Sequence record: SRR31156797_1995
Length of the DNA stretch: 28,031 bases
Reading direction: 5' to 3' (one strand)
In this document: in pieces, positions 25,898-28,031 of the stretch
How the letters are laid out: the number at the start of each line of letters is the position of its first letter
How positions within the stretch are numbered: position 1 is the stretch's first letter
Program-made: the position numbers and the translations under genes
The notes under the pieces: model-generated
Told to the model about the DNA's origin: nothing
Database searches by the model: none
What the model saw: only the letters and a program-made list of their open reading frames with translations

Positions 25898-27223
25898 TTA
25901 ATTTTGCTTTGGTAAATAGTAAAGAACAACTCTATTTTTAGGAACAAAGTACTTTTTAGCTACTTTACGGATATCTTCTCTGGTAACTGCAAAGTATTTA
26001 TCCAATTCCTTATTTACTCTTTCCGAATCTTTAAAATAGGTATAAGCCGTTGCAAGATTTTCAGCACGTCTCTCGATTGTTGAATTAGAGCTTACCAATT
26101 CATTTTCGATCTTATTTCTTAATTTCTGAAACTCTTTTTCCGAAATTAATTCATCACCAACCATAGCAAATTGCTTGTCCATCTCGTCTTCCATAACTTT
26201 AGGATCAACACCCATATTAGGAATACCAAATGCAAGAGTTAAACCTGGATCTTCATTTGGCATTGGGAAAGCCATCAATTGAATAGCCAACTGTTGCTTA
26301 TCAACCAATTCCTTATACAAACGAGAACTTTTACCATCTGTCATCAATTTAGATAACATATCAACAGCATAAAAATCTGAAGTTCCAACTGCTGGAATGT
26401 GGTAAGCCTGGATAACTGCAGGCAACTGAATATTATCAAAAACTGTATCTCTTACTTCTGCAGTTTTTTCTGGTTCTACAATATTCGGACGATAAATTTC
26501 TTTTGTTCCTTTAGGAATCTCAGCAAAATAATCGTTAATCAATTTCTTAGCCTCATCAGTTTTAAAATCACCACAAATGGTTAAAACAGCATTGTTAGGC
26601 ACATAAAACTCTTTGTAAAAATTCAAGAAATCTTCATCTTTTGCATTACGAATATGCTCTTCATCTCCAATTGGAGTCCAACGGTAAGGGTGCTTTGTAT
26701 AAGCATGAGCCATTGTTTGAGGCAGGATAGTTCCGTAAGGAGGATTATCATAGCGTTGCTTCTTCTCTTGAATTACAACACCTTTCTGAGTCTTAATTCC
26801 AATCTCCTCTACTTTTGCGTGTAACATTCTTTCCGATTCTAACCAAAGACCTAAAGCCAATTGGTTTGATGGTAACATTTCGAAATAGTAAGTTCTGTCA
26901 GTAGAAGTATTCGCATTCAATTCTCCTCCTGCTCTGGAAACATACTTATCGTATTGGTGACGCGGAATATTTTTGGTTCCTTCGAACATTAAATGCTCAA
27001 AAAAGTGTGCAAATCCAGTTAATTCAGGACTTTCATTTTTTGAACCAACGTGATACATTACAGATACTACGATATTAGGAGTAGTATGATCCTGCTGTAA
27101 GATTACATGCAAGCCATTCTCTAAATCGTATTCTTCAAACTCGATTTTCCCATTTTGAGAAAAACCGCTTGCCAATACTGAAACTACCAGCAAAGTAAGT
27201 AGTAAAAGCCTTTTCATCATCAT
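25898..27223 (-). CDS. M16B (pitrilysin/insulinase family) zinc peptidase, catalytic subunit, secreted
   Basis: YHVGSK, inverted zincin motif HFFEH, NANTS and YVPNNA. I moved the start to the MMMKRLLLL signal peptide (27223, alternatively 27220 or 27217). Confidence 0.93.
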   Translation of the reverse strand: MMMKRLLLLTLLVVSVLASGFSQNGKIEFEEYDLENGLHVILQQDHTTPNIVVSVMYHVGSKNESPELTGFAHFFEHLMFEGTKNIPRHQYDKYVSRAGGELNANTSTDRTYYFEMLPSNQLALGLWLESERMLHAKVEEIGIKTQKGVVIQEKKQRYDNPPYGTILPQTMAHAYTKHPYRWTPIGDEEHIRNAKDEDFLNFYKEFYVPNNAVLTICGDFKTDEAKKLINDYFAEIPKGTKEIYRPNIVEPEKTAEVRDTVFDNIQLPAVIQAYHIPAVGTSDFYAVDMLSKLMTDGKSSRLYKELVDKQQLAIQLMAFPMPNEDPGLTLAFGIPNMGVDPKVMEDEMDKQFAMVGDELISEKEFQKLRNKIENELVSSNSTIERRAENLATAYTYFKDSERVNKELDKYFAVTREDIRKVAKKYFVPKNRVVLYYLPKQN

Positions 27224-27376
27224 TTGATATAGTTTTACATTAAAATTAATTCGATTGTTCTCGAAATCTGACAAGCAATATTAATTGATTTGTAAACTAA
27301 TGTCAATTTTTTTGGATGAACTCCTACTTAACACGATAAAAGCAAGTTTGACACGATTTAATTATTCCTGATAAAC

Positions 27377-27452
27377 AAAAAATATAGAATGAGTTAATTT
27401 AACTGCTCATTCTATTAAACAAAAAGAGGAGTTCTATAATAGAACTCCTCTT
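27377..27452 (-). terminator. Two tandem hairpins terminating the 2-oxoacid oxidoreductase operon
   Basis: AAGAGGAGTTCTA-TAA-TAGAACTCCTCTT (27424-27452) and ATAGAATGAG...CTCATTCTAT (27384-27415), each followed by a U run on the minus strand. Confidence 0.8.
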
Positions 27453-27481
27453 GATTGAAAGTATATTAGTTTTGTTGTAAT

Positions 27482-28031
27482 CTATACTTCTTGTACTACT
27501 TCAACACTACCAATTCCTTTTTGAATTGCTTCAATATTTAAAGGAATTAATTTGTGGTGACGCTCAGGAAGAGATTTCTCTAATCCTTTCTGTACATTCT
27601 CAATCTTCACAATTGGCTTCACCTTAAGGAATCCACCCATAATGATCATATTGAAAGTTTTTGGATTACCCATTTCAGTAGCAAGTGCAGCACCAGGAAC
27701 CTTAAAGATATTAATATCTTTTCTTTCTGGGTGACGAGTGATACCATTTGGATCATACAAAAGTGTTCCACCTGGCTTAATATCTTCTTCGAATTTGTCC
27801 ATCGATTGCTGATTCAAGATGATAGCAGTATCAAACTTTTTCAACACTGGAGAACTAATTCTATCGTCACTCAAAATTACGGTCACATTTGCAGTACCTC
27901 CACGCATTTCAGGACCATATGATGGCATCCATGAAACTTCCTGATCTTGCATGATACCTGAGTAAGCTAAAATTTTACCCATTGAAAGTACACCCTGACC
28001 ACCAAATCCTGCAATGATAATTTCTTCTGTC
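27482..28031 (-). CDS. 2-oxoacid:ferredoxin oxidoreductase gamma subunit (PorC/KorC-like), start codon at window edge
   Basis: The frame extends upstream of the ORF-track start as TEEIIIAGFGGQGVLSMGK, followed by the SYGPEMRGGTA motif. Position 28031 is probably the G of the ATG. Confidence 0.93.
   Translation of the reverse strand, partial: TEEIIIAGFGGQGVLSMGKILAYSGIMQDQEVSWMPSYGPEMRGGTANVTVILSDDRISSPVLKKFDTAIILNQQSMDKFEEDIKPGGTLLYDPNGITRHPERKDINIFKVPGAALATEMGNPKTFNMIIMGGFLKVKPIVKIENVQKGLEKSLPERHHKLIPLNIEAIQKGIGSVEVVQEV

Noticed and set aside
1583-27922. Other short nested ORFs (1583, 2209, 4960, 6080, 6304, 8333, 10193, 12471, 14990, 16276, 17035, 18084, 21540, 21835, 23991, 26399, 27731)
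   Set aside because: All lie within or almost wholly within well-supported genes, on the opposite strand or in an alternative frame, and show no motifs.

Overview
This is a 28-kb, AT-rich chromosomal window from a Bacteroidota genome. The evidence is the SusC/SusD pairs, TAnnTTTG/TTTG promoters and Gln-starting mature secreted proteins. An anaerobic marine Marinifilaceae-like host is my inference. Gene order: histidine utilisation genes (fused ftcD, truncated at the left edge, and hutI); a YfcC-family transporter; two tandem SusC/SusD pairs with no CAZymes, separated by a secreted hypothetical protein; a 56-aa 2x[4Fe-4S] ferredoxin missed by the ORF track; zupT; nth; an ABC-F ATPase; a MATE exporter; yicC-gmk-nadD; a two-subunit M16 peptidase; and a 2-oxoacid:acceptor oxidoreductase gamma subunit at the right edge. 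I found no transposase, integrase, tRNA, rRNA or CRISPR. The most unusual signals are non-coding. (1) A degenerate 8-unit tandem array with alternating 42/41-bp spacing, each unit built on a YTCCCA-N4-TRGGAA palindrome, lies between MATE and yicC. (2) A probable stand-alone ~135-nt structured sRNA with its own promoter and terminator lies between nadD and the peptidase operon, and its GGUUA motifs are complementary to susC leader sequences. (3) A long, multi-hairpin 5' leader precedes the first susC. (4) A REP-like inverted pair lies between hutI and ftcD.
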